From: Torpedo marmorata
Lineage: Eukaryota
Length of the DNA stretch: 64,000 nt
NCBI GenBank assembly: GCA_977017645.1
Contig: OZ360221.1
Location: 11,966,001 to 12,030,000 of the forward strand
Direction: 5' to 3'
The translations under genes were made by a program, and so were the position numbers. The notes beneath the pieces were generated by a model that searched no databases, was not told where the DNA came from, and saw only the letters and a program-made list of their open reading frames with translations. Below are positions 51,761 through 62,242 of this stretch, one piece after another; the first letter of the stretch is position 1, and each line of letters opens with the position of its first letter.

Positions 51761-52779
51761 AACTTGAAAACTGCCTTTGGCTAAGGATTAAAAGGGCTGC
51801 GGGTAATGTACCTAGAGGATCGGAGAGATTCACTGGTGTTCAAGTTGCCAAGTGTGCCTAGGTTTTCTAAGAATGCAAGCATAGGTGGGAAAGTTAAGTT
51901 TTGAGGAACGTAAAATTTGCAAAGTGTCCAGATAGGTTGTGAATAAATAAACATGTGGAAAGGTTTCCTGTGATCTACCCAATCTCTGCCACTCAGGTTG
52001 TATATTGATTACGGAACTGCTGTGGGTGCTGTGTATGGGTTTTCAGAAGACACCTGCTACTTTCTATTTTCCTCATTTCTTCCAAACCTCTTGTCGTGGA
52101 CCTTTATCAACTCGATATAGTTTGTCAAGTTGTCAAAGATCGTCAAAAATTGAAGATATCAACACTGGCTGTGGTGTTGCCCAAGTGACTAGGCGTCTAG
52201 ACTGCCTCGGTGTCAATTAAAAGAAAGGTATCTCAACGTTTTATTGATTTCTTTCCAGGTGTTTGAGGGGAAAAGTCTGCGTGGTGGTGATTATTTTTCA
52301 GCCTGACTCTCCAGTTAATGCAACCCAGATATTCCACCTGCCTTTAATAAGAGCCGGGGTTTGCAAACAACAGACCCACACTTGTCACACTCTGTAGAGT
52401 TTCATTGAGTCTTGAGATTTTTGGCTGAGGAAAACTTTGATGGGAGGGAGGGGGTGAGATGAGGGTGTAGGCTGTGGGACAGTTTACTTTAGAGTTCTGG
52501 ATTAAATGTCTGTGGACGCAGGAAATTGTACATAGCTTACAATCTAAAAGATCCCTTATAGATTTGGAGTTGAGATGTTTATTATTCCCATTTTTCTTCC
52601 CTTTCTCCTCTCCTAAAAGCCAAATTTTGAATAAAATATCAACAATAACCATCAATGTTCAGTCAAGCTATTAACCTTATCTGTCCTTGCATTTTAGAAA
52701 TGGGCCCACTGTGTTAATTATTTGCCGAAAACCTTGTTTTTATTTTCACTGCCCTCATTCTTCCATTTTCTTTTCACTT

Positions 52780-52990
52780 ACAACACGGTAGAAGCCGATT
52801 CCGGCCATTTAAACCCATGCTGCCTAATTACACCCAAATTAACCTATGTTTTGAAGGGTGGGAAGAGACCAGAGCACCCGGGGAAATCCCACAAAGTCAC
52901 TGGGAGAACATGCAAACTCCTTACAGACAGCGGCGGATTCTAACCCAGGTCGCTGGCGCTGTAATAGCGTTGCGCTAACCGTGCCACCCC
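52780..52990 (-). mobile_element. V-SINE (HE1-like)
   Basis: Reverse copy. Confidence 0.8.
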
Positions 52991-53549
52991 AACATAACAG
53001 ATATAGCAAGTAATTAAGAAGGTAAGTGGGATGTTGGCCTTTCAGTACACTGCCAGCTACGCCATCAGGGCCTGACGCCTTGCGACGGCTGACCTCTTGA
53101 AAGATATTCTGACGTTGGCCTCTGCGTTAGATGCCTAAGCTTTGGAGACAGTGAGTCAGTTAACCCTGCAGGGGGTTCGTTTTCATTTTGGCTACTGACA
53201 GTAGAAACAGCCTGAGGTATAAAATGGTCATGACGGTCGTGTGGAGTTCAAAAGGTTGAGATCATGGGAAAACTTCGGAATGGTGCAATATCTTGCTTTC
53301 AGCACAGCAGCTGAGAGCACAGGTATCCTCCATAGAGATTGCAGGTAGGTAGGTGGTATTCCTAGGGGGTGTGAATGAAAGGAAAGTACAAAAGAAAGCT
53401 GGCCTGATCCCATTGTATCTCTCTCCAGGTTAACCGATCTGTGGTGGTGGATATCTTAAGGGAGCAGAAATAGGCCATTCGGTCAGTCGAGTCCATTCTG
53501 CCATTCCATCATGAGCTGATCCATTCTCCCACTTAGCCCAACTCCCTTG

Positions 53550-53740
53550 TCAGTCGACATTTTGAGCCGGAACTCCTTCATCAGGAATAGCAAGAACCTG
53601 AATAAAGGTGGGGGGGGCGGGCGGGGAGGGCGTTTGGAGCACTGGCTGGCATGTGATAGGTGGATACAGGGGGGAGGGAGCAGAGAAGAAAGCTAAGAGG
53701 TGATAGGGGGCAGTGGCAGAGGGGTGAGAAAATGGCACTC
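53550..53740 (-). mobile_element. Penelope pLTR fragment
   Basis: Minus strand CCTGATGAAGGAGTTCCGGCTCAAAATGTCGAC preceded by a C/T-rich region. Confidence 0.6.
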
Positions 53741-54390
53741 CAATAGCAGAAAGTGGAGGCGGTGCAGAGGAGGTTCACCAGGTTGATTCCAGAGATGAGG
53801 GGGTTGGCCTATGAGGAGAGATTGAGTCGTCTGTGACTGTACTCGTTAGAATTCAGAAGAATGAGAAGGGATCTTATAGAAACGTATAAAATTATGAAAG
53901 GCATAGATAAGATAGAGGTAGGTAAGTTGTTTCCATTGGTGGGGGAGACTAGAACTAGGGTACATAGCCTCAAGATTCAGGGTAGTAGATTTAGGACGGA
54001 GATGAGGAGGAACTGCTTTTCCCAGAGGGCGGTGTATGGAATTCTCTGCCCATTGAAGCAATGGAGGCTACCTCAGTAAATATATTTAAAACAAGTTAGG
54101 ATAGATTTATACATAGCAGAGAAATTAAGGGTTATGGGGAAAAGGCATATACCGTATATTTCGGCGTATAAGTCGACTCGCGGATAAGTCAACCCCCCTT
54201 TTTCAGCCTAATTTTAATGGTTTTATTGTATATCCGGTGTATAAGTCGACCCCCAATTTTCAGGCTGTCCGGGCCTCCCAGCAACAACCCAAAATTTGTT
54301 ACAACACCCCAATCGCCAAGTAACAAAGCTGTAAGTTAAGCAAGTAAGTAAAAAAAACAGTAAAAAAAACCTTTGCTTCTGGCCGGGAAG

Positions 54391-54549
54391 ATGCCAAATG
54401 GAGCTGGGTCCAAGTCTTCAGTTTCGGCTGCAGCCAGAGTCGGCGACGGACGACTCCATTCTCCACATCGGGTGCGGTGCTGCCTCATTGAAGAAGTTGC
54501 CTCACTGCCCAAGTGTGCTCGGTGCAGGAACCACGGTACATGTCGGCTC
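54391..54549 (+). pseudogene. dmrt1: Captured 5' fragment of a dmrt1-like gene (start codon plus N-terminal part of DM domain), frameshifted
   Basis: ATG CCA AAT (MPN.., as in DMRT1 N-termini), then AAG AAG TTG CCT CA CTG CCC AAG TGT GCT CGG TGC AGG AAC CAC GG TAC ATG TCG = KK(L)P-/LPKCARCRNHG/YMS, versus DMRT1 KKSPRLPKCARCRNHGYAS. Confidence 0.82.
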
Positions 54550-55136
54550 CCGAGCAGGTGCGGGGACCTCGTTCTCCCGGGCAGGAGCGGCGACGTCGTT
54601 CTCCCGGGCAGGTGCGGGGACTTGTTCTCCCGAGCAGGTGCGGGGAGCTTATTCTCCCGAGCAGGTGCGGGGAGCTCTTTCTCCCGGGCAGGAGCGGCGA
54701 CCTCGTTCTCCCGAGCAGGTGCGGGGAGCTCGTTCTCCCGAGCAGGTGCGGGGAGCTCGTTCTCCCGAGCAGGTGCGGGGAGCTCGTTCTCCCGGGCAGG
54801 AGCGGCGACCTCGTTCTCCCGAGCAGGAGCGGGGAGCTCGTTCTCCCGGGCAGGAGCGGCGACCTCGTTCTCCCGAGCAGGTGCGGGGAGCTCGTTCTCC
54901 CGAGCAGGAGCGGGGAGCTCGTTCTCCCGAGCAGGTGCGGGGAGCTCATTCTCCCAAGCAGGTGCGGCGACCTCGTTCTCCCGGGTAGGAGCGGCGACCT
55001 CGTTCTCCCAGGCAGGAGCGGCGACCTCGTTCTCCCAGGCAGGAGCGGCGACCTCGTTCTCCCGGGTAGGAGCGGGGACCTCGTTCTCCCGGGCAGGAGC
55101 AGCGACCTCGTTCTCCCAGGTAGGAGCGGGGACCTC
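54547..55136. repeat. GC/CpG-rich 24-bp minisatellite (about 24 copies) inside the transposon
   Basis: Unit CTCGTTCTCCCGRGCAGGWGCGG(GGAG/CGAC) repeated in tandem. Confidence 0.95.
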
Positions 55137-55353
55137 GGGCTCTACAATTGAAGAATATCTGGGTGGTTTATGGCAGCGCCCGGCGGTGGGGAGGTGTCAG
55201 GGAGCGGCGGCGCCAGCGGTGGGGAGGTGCTTCCAGCGTCGACCTATACACCGAATCGGTTTTTCTTGGGTCGACTTATACGCCGAATCGGGTTTTCAAG
55301 GGTCGACTTATACGCCGAATCAGCGTGGAGTAGTTTTTGAGCTGATTTTACGG

Positions 55354-56225
55354 TGTTATGGACCATGACTGACCATTTGGACTGCAGACGGTCAGCAGGA
55401 AGGATGAAGTCTTTTGGAGTATACACTGGGGCCAGGTACTGAAAGAGTTAACTTCCCCAGCTACTTGGTGTACCCAGACAGAGAGAGACCAGAGAGAGAG
55501 AGAGAGAGAGACAGACTGGACAAGATACATTTGTTTCACTTTTGCAAAAAGCAGGTGCAGATTTCTGCAGGAAAAGCAGACAGTTGTAAGTTGCAAAGGC
55601 TACAGGACACAGCCAAATCCAGGCTTGTGCAAGCCAGAGAAAATCACTGGCAGAAGAGCACATGGCCTCCTGTCTCAGAGAGAAATTCTGAGAAAAAGCA
55701 ACTTCTGTGGAGAACAGGCGTGAGATCAGCGAGACTAGCTGTGAGATTCAAGCACACGCCTAAATCAGTGGTATACTGATCTGGAACTTGCAATCCTTAT
55801 GAACATACAAGAAGGGGACGTCATCAGAGAAGAAAACAAGTATTTGTAAGTATAAACAGTCATTGTCTCTCTCCAACGTTCATTCAGAAGTACTTCTACC
55901 AGACACAGAGCTGAAGTTGAAGCCTGAACTTAGAGAGTGAATTTGTAGACTGTATTATCTTTTTTTTTGACTGACTTGTTTTTTATGACTGACCTGGGGT
56001 TTTTGGGGAAAGTTTTTTTTTCCATTTTTACATAAGGGTTGGGCACAGACTGTAATGGTCTGGGCTTTACACACACACCTTTTAGATAAGAATAGTGTTT
56101 ATAGACGTTTATAGTGGGGTTAATTGTTGTGAAATTATATGTTTAGTTGTGTTTAATAAATATAAATTTCAATTTTACCCCTTTTGCATTGCGTCTTCTG
56201 TCGTTGCTGGTTTGAATTTGTAACA
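55354..56225 (+). mobile_element. Solo LTR (Gypsy-like, 4-bp TSD) nested in the Tc2-type element
   Basis: Termini TGTTA...TAACA flanked by ACGG on both sides (55350-53, 56226-29), AATAAA at 56155-60, internal (GA)n. Confidence 0.8.
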
Positions 56226-56879
56226 ACGGTCTCAAAAGTATATCTGGCGTATAAGTCGACCCCCGTTTTTTGAGAGATTTTTGAGGGTTTCAAGACTCGA
56301 CTTATACGCCGAAATATACGGTAGGTGGAGATGAGCCTATCAGATCAGCCATGATCTTATTGAATGGCAGAGCAGGCTCGACGGGCCAGATGGCTGACTC
56401 CTGCTCCTATTTCTTATGTTCTTGTGTAAGGGAAGGGTTTGGGGGGCTGGAGGAAGGGTATCGATGACAGGTGGGGGTATTATTGGATTTGATTTGCATG
56501 AAGCTTTGAAAGGTTGCATGAGACAGAGTTGGTTTCAAATAAGAACTCAACTAACTGTGTGTGTATTAAAATCTTGCTAATTTTCCAGTTTCAGGCCAAC
56601 CAAGGGATAATGATGAGGGTCTATTGTCGTTAAATAAGTACGGATATGTGCAGATGCACTGAAATTCTTACTTAGAGCACCCAAATAGGTACATATGATA
56701 GATCTACAATAGTATAATTTAATTATCACATATTCCAAGACTGAAAAAAGATTTGAACATAAAATAGATAAATATTCAGTTGCAATTAGTTCAAGGGGTG
56801 GGGGGGGGAGTGATGTTTCAGTAGTGCAGACACATCTTTTGGTGGTCCCAGAATAGTTTATGGTTTGGAGAGTAAGAGA

Positions 56880-57540
56880 GCTTCAAGAGCCTGATAGAAT
56901 CATAGAAAACCGACAGCACAATACAGAGGTGCAGACATGAGACTTCTGTACCTTGTGCCTGAAAGCAGCAGCAACAAGAGATTGTGACCAGGGTGAACAG
57001 AAGCCTTGAAGATGTTGGCTGCCCTTTTGAGGCAGCACCTCACATAGTCGCTTTCACTAGATGGAAGGTCGGTGGCCGTGATGGACTTGGCTAGATTTGT
57101 CGCTTTCTGCGTTCCTGGGCACTCAAGTTTCTAAACCAGGCCATGATGCAACCAGTTAGGATGCTTTTCGCAGTTCACCTGTAGAAGTTTGATGGAGCAT
57201 TTGACAACATGTCAAATTCCCTCAGATTTCTTAGAAAGTCGAGGCGTTGGTGTGTCTTTTTCATGGTTGCTTTGATGTGCTGGCTCCAGGAGAGGTACTC
57301 CAATATGTGGACTCCCAGGAACTTGAAGGTACTAATCCTCTCCACCGCCGTCCCGTCGATGAAGACTGGTTCCTGGCCCCTCGGCCTCCCCTCCCTTATG
57401 TCCACAATCAGCTCCTCGTTTGTGCTGACGTTGAGAACAAGATTGTTGTTCTGGCACCACCCAACCAGATTCTCCATCTCCATCCTATATTCTGATGCAT
57501 CATTTCCCGTTATTACACGGTGGCGTCATCAACAAATTTG
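56880..57540 (-). mobile_element. Rex1/Babar fragment
   Basis: LVGWCQNNNLVLNVS..FKFLGVHI..LSW. Confidence 0.85.
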
Positions 57541-57626
57541 TGCTCAATGAAGCGATCTCCCAGTCTACGTCCACTCTCTCCGACGTAGAGGAGGCCACAA
57601 CTGGGGTACCGGATGCCGTAGATGAC
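57540..57626 (-). mobile_element. Penelope GIY-YIG endonuclease sliver
   Basis: Minus-strand translation VIYGIRYPSCGLLYVGESGRRLGDRFIEH. Confidence 0.75.
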
Positions 57627-57631
57627 CGGAG

Positions 57632-58092
57632 GTTAATTCACAGGACCATAAGAGTGGCAGAGAGGATTACTGGAGTTTCCCCCCCCCCCCCAATTGACAT
57701 GATCTACCGGGATCGTTGTCTGAAGAGGGCACGTAAAATAATTGAGGACCCCTTCCACCCTGCACACAGCATCTTTCAGCTGCTCCTGTCGGGAAAGAGA
57801 CACAGGAGTATCAGAGCCAGCACCACCAGGCTGAGGAACAGCTTTTTCACACTGACAGCGAGAATGCTGAACGACCAAAGGAATTGTTCACACTAACCAT
57901 CCGAGACCCTCATATTTACAAAACAATATTTATTTATTTATTTGTATATATGAATACGTGTCCTGTGTATGTATTGTTTGTCTGCATGTGTGTTGTGTCT
58001 GGTTGTGTGTCTGCGTGTTTTGCATCGAGGACCGGAGAACGCTTTCATCAGGTTGTACTTGTGCAATCAGATGACAATAAACTTAACTTGAA
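57632..58092 (+). mobile_element. Rex1/Babar 3' fragment
   Basis: IIEDPFHPAHSIFQLL..RLRNSFF, GACAATAAACTTAACTTGA tail. Confidence 0.85.
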
Positions 58093-58149
58093 ATTTATAG
58101 ATTTCGCTGGATGAGATATGGACAGTGGAGACACAATGAGTGACAGAGG

Positions 58150-58405
58150 GGTGGCACGGTTGGCGTAGCGGTTAGCGCAACACCTTTATGGCACCAGTGA
58201 TCGGGACCGGGGTTCGAATCCCGCGCTGTCTGTAAGGAGTTTGTACGTTCTCCCCGTGTCTGCGTAGGTTTTCCCCGGGGGCTCTGGTTTCCTCCCACCG
58301 TTCGAAACGTACCGGGGGTGTAGGTTAATTGGGTGTAAATTGGGTGGCACGGACCCGTGGGCCGAAATGGCCTGTTACCGTGCAGTATGTCTACATTTTA
58401 AAAAA
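58150..58405 (+). mobile_element. V-SINE (HE1-like)
   Basis: Full-length copy. Confidence 0.88.
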
Positions 58406-59261
58406 ATTTAAAAACTAGAGCTCAAATATTTTACGGACTTACTTTGTTCATGGGGGTAAAGTGAGAGAGTCCAAGGCATTGGCGCCATGATGTGGCAGCT
58501 CCAATCACTGTGCCACAATGCGGCGCTTTAAAACATTCCTCCTCCTTTTCCAGCCCCTTGTAGGTTTTCTTCTTCACTATCAGCAACCATTTTACAGCCC
58601 TATAGTCCTCTCGGAGTGTTCTACCGCAGGGGACAGTACTTCTTTAATGACATCACTTATATGTCAAAATCTTCTCCTTATGCAGGGTTCAAGTGAGCAC
58701 TGGAAACTCTATTTCCCTCTCCTCTTTGGTTATGTGCCAAATATTTGGGTAATATTCATGGGGGTGGGTGCAGGAATTACCCAGGGTGCAAGAATGGGGA
58801 ATAAAAGACCACATGTACCATAATTAAAAGAATATTTGGTTGAGGTCATTGCCTAACAAACGACTATGAATCATTCCTGACTTTTAGCAGGGCATTCCTT
58901 TAGCTAACTATTCTCATCACATTCTTCCTCTATATTTCGGCTGCAGTTCTTTTTTTCCCTCTGCTTTTTAAGCAGCGGTTACAGATGAAAACTGGATGAG
59001 GTGTATTAATGTGGGGCTGGCCGAGGATCAGTGGAAGTTGACGGCACCTGGTGGGGCACAGGTACGGCACATCGCAGCACAGCTCTGGTGTTGAGTGGGG
59101 AAGTGACCAGTTGGCATGGTGTACTTCCCTTTCCCAGCAGGTGAAAGCCTCGGCATGCTACTTGAAGACTGGCCCAGTGGCGAGATATCTATGAACAGAA
59201 GGTTGCACAACCGTCAAATTTTTAACCCTTTGCAGCTTTTTAGACATGAACTGGTAATGGT

Positions 59262-60050
59262 GGAACACGAGAGTCTGCAGATGCTGTGATTGCAGTAAAT
59301 ACACAAAAGTGCTGGAGAAACTCAGCAGGTCCCGCACCACCCATAGGAGGCAAAGATATATAACCAATGTTTCGGGCCTGAGCCCTTCGTCAAAGTACGA
59401 GCAAAAAGCAGGCAGGCACCTAATTAAATAGGGAGAGGAGGGAAGAAGGGGCAGGGGGAAGAGCACAGGCCAATAGCCAAGTGGACATGGATAGGAGGGC
59501 AGGAGAGAAAAGCTGAGAATTGATGGGGGGAGGGAGTAGCTCTGTGAATGCAGAGCTGGAGGAAAGGAGACAGAGGGATAGGGAAAGAGAGAGGGGAAAG
59601 GAGACGTAGGGAATGGGAGAAAGGGGGGGGGGAGCCTAACGGAAACCGGAGGTCGATGTTAATGCCGTCTGCTTGGGGTGTGCCCATGTGGAATATGAGG
59701 TGTTATACCTCCAAATTGCAGGTGGACTCAGTCAGACAGTGCATGAGACCATGGACAGATGTGTCGGCATGGGAATGGGGAGGGGAATTGAAATGGGTGG
59801 CCACTGGGAGATCCCCGCTATTGCAGCAGACAGAGCAAAGGTGCTCAATGAAGCAATCTGCCATCCTACATCCAGGGGCGATTGGTGTGAAGGGAGGAGT
59901 GGAAAAGGGAGCGGTCTCTGCAGAAGGCGGAGAGGAGAGGGGAAGATGTATCTGGTGGTGAGATCACATTGAAGGCGGCGGAAATTGGTCTCACCACCAG
60001 ACACATCTTCCCGTCTCCTCCCCTTTCCGCCTTCTGCAGGGGCAACTCTA
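59262..60050 (-). mobile_element. Penelope-like element 3' coding end plus pLTR
   Basis: FRRLQCDLTTRYIFPSP, MGTPQADGINIDL C-terminus, TTGACGAAGGGCTCAGGCCCGAAAC motif. Confidence 0.8.
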
Positions 60051-60059
60051 TCAACATTC

Positions 60060-62070
60060 GGATGGCCAGGGGAACATTAGGGAGAACCAGCATGAATTTG
60101 GGTGTGGGGAATCATCTCTCTTGAACTTGATAGAATTTTTTTGAAGAGGTAACAAAGAGTGTAGACGAGGGCAAGCAGTTGATGTTATTGATATGGATTT
60201 CGGTAAAGCATTTGATATGGTCCCGTGTGGAAGGTTGGGGCACATGGGATAGGAGGCCAGCCTGCCAACTGAATAAAAACAAATGTGGATGTAGAGGGCA
60301 GTTTTTCGGACTAGAGGCTTGTGAGCAGTAGACTGCCTCAGGGTTCAGTACTGGGACCCTGGCTTTTTGTAATGTGCATAAATGATTTGGACAAGGATAT
60401 TTGTGGCAAAGTGAGTAAGTTTGCTGATGACACAAAAATATGTGCTACCATGGACAGTGAAGGTTACCTGGGTTTGCAACGGGATCGAGATCAGGTGGGG
60501 AACTGGGCTGAGGGGTGGAGAAGTGCGAGGCGCTGAATTTGGGTAAACCAGGACAGTACTTGCTCTGTTAACAGCCGTGCCCTGAAGAGTGCTTGCGGAG
60601 CACAAGGACTGAGGGGTGCAGGTTCATAGCTTTTTAAAGATAGCAGCACAGGTTGACAGAGCAGTGAAGAGAGAGTTTGGGACTCTTGGCTTCATTGGTC
60701 AGAGCATTGAAAACAAGTGCTGGGACATCATGTTAAAGTTGTACAAGACGGTGGTGACTTAGAATATTCTATGCAGTTTTGGTCATCTCGCTACAGGAAG
60801 GATATTATAAATTTGGAATTTTAAAAGTACAGAAGAGGTTTACGAAGTTGTTGCCAGGATTAGGGAAGTTGAGTTAGCATGAGAGAATGGAAAACCTCGG
60901 CCTGTTTTCCTTAGAGCGTAGGAAGTTGAGAGGATTTTATTGAGGTCTATAAAAAATCATGAGGGCCATAGATACAGTATGGCAAATCATGACAGTTCAC
61001 CAGAATGGGAGAATCCAAAACGAGAGGGCATAACTATAAGGTGAGGTGGGTGGGATTTAGAAGGGAGGTGAGGGAACAGTTCTTCACTCAGAGGGTGGTG
61101 GGCACATGGAACCAGACAAAGTGGTGGAGGCAGGGACGTGAGATTCCTTTAAGAAACATTTGGATAACTGCATGGATGGGAGGGCTCTGGGCCTAATGGG
61201 GGCAAGTGGGACTAAAGCAGGAGGGCACTTTGTTTGGCATGGGCCTGTGAGCCTGTTTGGACCATAAGATATAGGAGCAGAAGTGGACCATTCAGCCCAT
61301 CGAGTCCGCTCCGCCATTCCATCATGAGCTGATCCATTCTCCCACTCAGCCCCACTCCCCTGCCTTCTGCCCATAACCTTTGATACCCTGACTATTCAGA
61401 TGCCTATCAATCTCTGCCTTAAATACACCCGACCTAGCTTCCACAGCTGCCCGTGGTAGCAAATTCCAGAGGTTCACCACTCTCTGCATTCTGTTTTAAA
61501 TGGGCGCCCTTGAATCCTGAAGTTGTGCCCTTTTGTCCTGGACTCCCCGACCATGGGAAACAACTTTGCCACGTCTACTCTGTCCAAGCATTCGAAATGC
61601 TTCTGTGAGTTCCCCCCTCATTCTTCTGAACTCTAAGGAGTACAGTCCAAGAGCCGTCAAACGTACCTCATGTGCTTATCCCTTAATTCCAGGAATCGTT
61701 CTTGTGAATCTTCTCTGAACCCTCTCCAATGCCAGTACGTCCTTTCTTAAATAAGGAGCCCAAAATTGTACTCCGTATTCCAATTGAGGCCTCACCAGTA
61801 CCTTAAAGCCTCAACCTCACATCCTGCTCTTTCATCCTATTTCTCTAGATATACTGTAAATGCCAACATTGCATTCGCCTTCTTCACCACCGACTCACCT
61901 GGAGGTTAACCTTTAGGGTATCCTGCACAAGGACTCCCAAGTCGCTTTGCACCTCGGAATTTTGAATTTTCTCCCCTTCCAAATAATAGTGAACCCTTTT
62001 ATTCCTTCCAACAAAGAGCATGACCGTACACTTTCCAACATTGTATTTCATTTGCCACTTCATTGCCCAT
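60060..62070. mobile_element. Tail-to-tail CR1 fragments (plus 60060-61260, minus 61261-62070)
   Basis: PQGSVLGP..KFADDTKI, plus a reverse tail ACCATAAGATATAGGAGCAG. Confidence 0.85.
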
Positions 62071-62146
62071 TCAGTGCACTGGGACTATATAACTCTATGG
62101 CAGCAAGCCACAAGTTCCTCTGTATTGTGACCCGTTTTTAGAAATC

Positions 62147-62242
62147 TTGCCATCGGCGAATCTATCGATGGAGTTGAAGCACAGTCATGAGTGAAGAAGG
62201 TGTATGGTAGGGGGCTCAGTACACAGCCTTGTGTGGCCCTGT
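62147..62242 (-). mobile_element. Rex RT sliver
   Basis: [18 protein letters not shown]. Confidence 0.75.

Larger units (their letters stand above)
54152..56321. mobile_element. Non-autonomous Tc2/pogo-type (Tc1/mariner superfamily) DNA transposon carrying cargo (Pack-TIR-like)
   Basis: Perfect 25-bp TIRs CCGTATATTTCGGCGTATAAGTCGA...TCGACTTATACGCCGAAATATACGG, TA on both sides (54150-51, 56322-23), and subterminal TATAAGTCGAC repeats. It interrupts a CR1 3' tail that rejoins across it (GGGGAAAAGGCA..|..GGTGGAGATGAG). Confidence 0.92.
53755..56425 (+). mobile_element. CR1 3' fragment hosting the Tc2-type element
   Basis: MRRDLIETYKIMKGIDKIEVGKLFP. Tail resumes at 56324. Confidence 0.88.

Noticed and set aside
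54391-54549. Genuine dmrt1 locus
   Set aside because: DM domain truncated and frameshifted, enclosed by TIRs, with no further exons.
54547-55136. CRISPR-like array
   Set aside because: Contiguous tandem units without unique spacers, in eukaryotic DNA with no cas genes.
58150-58230. tRNA genes at GGTTCGAATCCC motifs
   Set aside because: All are heads of V-SINEs.
59041-59056. CTCF-like motif CCACCAGGTGCCG (minus strand)
   Set aside because: Mismatch at a core position, and a single motif hit cannot be supported without data.
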